A stretch of DNA of 64,000 nucleotides. Source: Podarcis tiliguerta (taxonomy: Eukaryota). Positions 59,726 through 64,000 of this stretch are shown here, one piece after another (positions within the stretch are counted from its first letter, which is position 1; the number at the start of each line of letters is the position of its first letter). The DNA lies in assembly GCA_965153285.1 (NCBI GenBank), contig OZ229115.1; one strand, written 5' to 3'. Position numbers and translations under genes: made by a program. Below the pieces are notes generated by a model. The model was not told the DNA's origin. It saw only the letters and a list, made by a program, of their open reading frames with translations, and ran no database searches.

Positions 59726-60518
59726 TCGTAAATGGATATGTAAGGTTTTTTTTTTGCACAATGCCCAGACCTCTATCCTCTCCTCTCTCCAACTAGCAGT
59801 GGCTCAATAGAATGCTTCTGGAACATTTAGCAAGTGTGAGTTCACTAGTTTAGAGCAGTCAGCAGTAATATCTATTTGTGCAATTACTTTTTAATTTGTT
59901 TTCCTATATACAGCACTGATCTATTACTTCAGGGATCATTCTGGGTTAATTAATTAGCAAAGGCATCCTGGGCTATTAGCAGCTGCTGTTTTCTTAGGCT
60001 GCTTCCTAGGTGGCTCTAGCAATTCACGTACAGAATATGCTCTACGTTAGAGAACCCTTGAAATGGTTGCATGTAGTGGATTCCTATGTTTTTTTCCTGA
60101 TGTCTTCATGCCTTTTTTGATACGATGGTGTTGAAAATCTATTTGGAGTTTGTACATGCAAAATCTTCACTTGAACCCACTTCAGCTTTAGAATTGTTGA
60201 CGAGATCTTGGAAGCATTCCAAAACAAATCAGTTGACTTAGTAAGAATTAAAGGCTCTGGAGAGAAGTAATTAGGTAAGCCAGGGATGGCCAGTGTTCTC
60301 AGACAATTCTACCAGGCATTATTCAGGGGGCCAGAACCATAAAATTAATGGTTGGCTGGTCAGGTTCTTGTTTATTAAAATATTTATATTTTAATAAATA
60401 TCCTTTCCCCAAGGATCACAGTGGCTAATATAAAGCAATTTAAAATACAGTTACTTCTTTAGGTAGATTGAATGTTAACAGCCCACAATGGTTCGTCATC
60501 GTTTTGTCAATGTAAGCA

Positions 60519-61140
60519 AATCATAGAATCATAGAGTTGGAAGAGACCACAAGGGCCGTCAAGTCCAACCCCCTGCCAAGCAGGAAACACCATCAGAGCA
60601 CTCCTGACATATGGTTGTCAAGCCTCTGCTTAAAGACCTCCAAAGAAGGAGACTCCACCACACTCCTTGGCAGCAAATTCCACTGTCAAACAGCTCTTAC
60701 TGTCAGGAAGTTCTTCCTAATGTTTAGGTGGAATCTTCTTTCTTGTAGTTTGGATCCATTGCTCTGTGTCCGCTTCTCTGGAGCAGCAGAAAACAACCTT
60801 TCTCCCTCCTCTATGTGACATCCTTTTATAGATTTGAACATGGCTATCATACCACCCCTTAACCTCCTCTTCTCCAGGCTAAACATGCCCAGCTCCCTTA
60901 GCCGTTCCTCATAAGGCATCGTTTCCAGGCCTTTGACCATTTTGGTTGCCCTCCTCCTGACACGTTGCAGTTTGTCAGTGTCCTTCTTGAACTGTGGTGC
61001 CCAGAACTGGACACAGTACTCCAGGTGAGGTCTGACCAGAGCAGAATACAGTGGCACTATTACTTCCCTTGATCTAGATGCTATACTCCTATTGATGCAG
61101 CCCAGAATTGCATTGGCTTTTTTAGCTGCCACGTCACACG
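60519..61140 (-). mobile_element. CR1 LINE 3' fragment (well preserved)
   Basis: Minus ORF '[53 protein letters not shown]...[17 protein letters not shown]'; (ATTCTATG)n tail. Confidence 0.95.
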
Positions 61141-61164
61141 TCAAATGATTGAAAGAGAGTTGGG

Positions 61165-62030
61165 ACGAAAACCCTGTTTCACACATCTCTTTCTAGGCAT
61201 CCAAGGATGGACTGTCATACTAGATGGTGTTATGCATGTTCTTGTGGCAGGACATCATCACCTTGTGAAGCCTGGGTGGGCATCCTATCTTATTGAGCAG
61301 TGTGAAGAGTCCTTTTCAGCTGAGGAGGTCAAAGGCCTTTGTCAGGTCTTTGAAGGCGACGTCAGGTCTCTGCTCTCAGCATTTCTCCTGCAGCTGGCAC
61401 AGTGAGAAAACTATGTTGACTGAGCACTCTAAAGCTGCACTGTGACTCAGGGTAGACCCTGTCCATGATTGATTGCAATCTATTGAGAACTACACGGGTG
61501 AAGGCTTTCCCCACAGTACTCAGCAGGGAGATTCCACATTAGTTGTTTCAGTCATGGCCGTCACCTTGGTTCTTGTAAAGGGTCACAGTGCTGGACTCCC
61601 ACATGTCTTGTGGCATGGATCAGAAGAAGCCCATCTTCTCCAACACCGCAAGAGATAGCTGTGGAGGTACATCATGGGAAGGAGTTGAGGCCAGCTTTCA
61701 GCCCTGTGTTGCGATTCCATCCTGTCCCGGGGCTTTCGGACATGCCTGAGAGTTGATGGCATTCTTCAGTTTGTCAAGGGAGGGAGGGACACCCAGCTTT
61801 TCCAAGACAGGCACAGTCTGGATGCTGCCAATTGCTTAGTTTGAGACCATGTTTCCCCATGAGGACAGTGCTTGATAGTGCTTTGCCCATGGGCTTCCTC
61901 TGCTTGCTGCGGTCTATGATCGTCAATCCAGACATGTGGTGTAGTTTTCCTGACAGTTGGTGCAAAGGCTTTCTTCATGCCTTCGTACATTTTGCGAATG
62001 TTACCTTAGTCAGCGGCATGACACATAATA
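61165..62030 (-). mobile_element. Degraded RTE-clade LINE RT-domain fragment
   Basis: Minus pieces 'GNIRKMYEGMKKA', 'RVYPESQCSF', 'QLQEKC*EQ...AFKDLTKAFD'. Confidence 0.8.
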
Positions 62031-62996
62031 ACGGAGCTGTTACCGCTCTTGGCTGGGGTTTACATTTGCATCAACAAATGCAGTGATCTCTAATTAACCC
62101 AAGGAAAGTATGGCTGAAAACACTCTGAAAGTCTTTGCACAGACATGAGTAGCATTCTGCCGATAGCAGCTTCCATCCGCACACCCTATAGCTCTAATTC
62201 TGACAGGAGCATCCCGCAGTTGCTATTTTTCAAGAAGAAAAAGCAAGGCATGATAAATGCATTTAACATATCCTCTCTCTTTTGGCCCTTAATCATCTTA
62301 AGCTGTGGCTGCAGCTTTGTTGTTTTTAGATTGTATAGTGGTTTTAAGAATATCATGAGCTCTCTTTTTTGTGTTGTTGTATAAAAAAGAAGAAGATACA
62401 AATCTTTTGGAGTAGAGGAAGCACGGTTGTTCTTAAACTCCTGTCTGTCAGTAGGCAAACCACTGCAAATTCAACATCAGCAGAGAAATTTCTTGCTTCT
62501 CTTTTAATCAAGTAAATGGAAAGTGGGATCACAGGCAGTGGGTGTGCCAGTGAGAGAGAAATAAGAGCTTCATGGAGAACAGTGAACTATATTCATATCA
62601 TGGTTAAGGAAGGGCAAGAGGATTGATGGACTTCCCAGGTGCATTTAGCCACTTTTGGACTTTCTGTTCAGGCAAGTGGGGGAGGGAGATTTAGTACTTG
62701 AGGTTGTTAGGCATGAAATGTTGACAGTGTTCCATCTAAACTGTGCATGGCTAACTGCCTGAGGATTTATTTTATCTGTTTTAAACTGCCTTGAGTTCTT
62801 TCTGTAGGAAACGTGAGATGTAAAGAGACAGGTTGCATACACACTATAGATTAAAAGCACATGACTTCTCCCAAAGACTTCTGGAAACTGTACTTGACTC
62901 CCCACAGAGCTACAATTCCCAGCACCCTTAATAAATGACACTTCCCAGAATTCTTTGGGGCAGTCATGCTTTAAATGTATGCTGTGTGTGCAGCTG

Positions 62997-63180
62997 CAGT
63001 GTGGTATAGTGTAGTGGTTAGAGCATTGAACTGAGGAGACCAGGCCTCAAGTCCCCACTCAACCATGAAGCTCTCTGGGTGACGTCTCAGAGTTGTTCTG
63101 AGAACAAAATGGTGAGGGGGGAAGAAACATGTCTGCTGCTTGAGCTCCTTGGAGGAAAGGTATGATAAAAATATATTAAT
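62997..63180 (+). mobile_element. Older Squam3/MIR-like SINE
   Basis: 'gtgtagtggttagagcattgaactgaggagaccaggcctcaagtccccactcaaccatgaagctc...'. Confidence 0.7.
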
Positions 63181-63371
63181 ACTTGTGGTGATGCTTCCCA
63201 AAGGGATTCTCTTTGATTACAAGTTTCACTTCCTTCTTACAAGGAGTCACTTCCTTCTTAGGAACAGATCTCCACTGCAGTAATGTACTTCCCTCCTACC
63301 CTGAAGGTTCAAGCACCTCTGCCCCCATACCATTTTAACATAAAAATACTCTTACCTAATCCTACTCACTA

Positions 63372-63547
63372 ATCACATCGTTGTGTTCATTTTGAATCCC
63401 TATTCTGTCATTTGTAGCATTGGCTACTGCTTTGGTGTCGGCTGCAAATGTGATGACCATCCTCTCAATACCTTTACCTGAGTCATTTATAAAGACATTG
63501 AACCACAACAGGCCCAGGACAGAACCCTGCAGCACTCCACTTGTCAC
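63372..63547 (-). mobile_element. CR1 RT-domain fragment
   Basis: 'TSGVLQGSVLG...FNVFIND...ITFAADTK' matches CR1 RT motifs (degenerate FADD). Confidence 0.8.
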
Positions 63548-64000
63548 TTTTCTTTTTCTTTTTTAAATAAACTTTTTATTAGATTTTCCACAGTGATAAC
63601 ACAAACCACAAAGCAAAATGATACACAAAAACAGAAAAAGGGGAAAGAGAAGGGAAAAAAGGGGGGGGACAATAAACAGATAAACAATAATAATATATAC
63701 CGATAAATTCACACCCAAATATTTAACTTTTTTCACAGAAACAAGGCCTGTCCTTTCAGAAAGGGTTTTCTTTCCTCATTATCTAAGCCCCCCCCCCCCC
63801 TAAAACTTTGCTTTTGCTCTTGTTTAATTTAAATCCTACTACCTGCCCAAACTCTTGAATCAGCTCCAGTGCTTTTATTGCACTGGTTTCTGGATCTTGT
63901 AAAGTTAAAACCAAGTCATCAGCAAAGGCTTTTAATTTATATTGCTTGGATCCTACTACAATGCCTTTAACCTCCTTCTCTTTCCTCAACATGTTTAGCA
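63548..64000 (-). mobile_element. L1-clade LINE: RT fragment plus 3' UTR/poly(A), running off the window end
   Basis: 'KGIVVGSKQYKLKAFADDLVLTL...IQEFGQVVGFKLNKSKS' L1 RT motif; T-rich tail with TTTATT at ~63575. Confidence 0.8.

Noticed and set aside
60686-61186. 166-aa ORF as a host gene or intact reverse transcriptase
   Set aside because: C-terminal part of a 5'-truncated CR1 ORF2; the start codon comes from neighbouring sequence.
2366-63800. Frequent G/C homopolymers of about 10-15 nt
   Set aside because: Scattered without periodicity or shared context; ordinary mononucleotide repeats whose lengths may be sequencing-affected.
1-64000. CRISPR array, operon, prophage or other prokaryotic system
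   Set aside because: No regularly spaced repeat-spacer array, no long ORFs, and the whole window carries squamate repeats.

Overview
This is vertebrate nuclear DNA from a squamate reptile, very probably a lacertid lizard, judged from its Sauria/Squam1, Squam2 and Squam3 SINEs, BovB/RTE, CR1, L2 and L1 LINE fragments, and hAT, Tc1/mariner and PIF-type MITEs. Almost all ORFs in the supplied track are spurious or come from transposon remnants and microsatellites. The only supportable host-gene feature is a CpG island (~37.0-39.0 kb) holding a + strand first exon. That exon has a long 5' UTR with a 26-codon uORF, a 70-nt signal-peptide coding segment (MTRIATIAILLQLLQKTGGQVFA-G) and a canonical phase-1 CAG|GTAAG donor. 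This layout resembles exon 1 of the type IIB receptor tyrosine phosphatases; PTPRT is my best guess and is not confirmed. The ~37 kb upstream looks intergenic and the ~25 kb downstream looks like the start of a long intron 1. I found no CRISPR array, true tRNA/rRNA gene or intact transposon ORF, and no clear evidence of a wholly new biological system. The most unusual items are in the mobile DNA: (1) a composite DNA transposon carrying an L2 3' end, seen twice; (2) two internally deleted bipartite RTE/BovB derivatives, one resembling ruminant Bov-A; (3) a solo LTR with a perfect TSD and promoter motifs in the intron; (4) several multi-layer nested insertions. Repeat family names come from remembered consensus features, not from a database search. 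Boundaries without TSDs are approximate.
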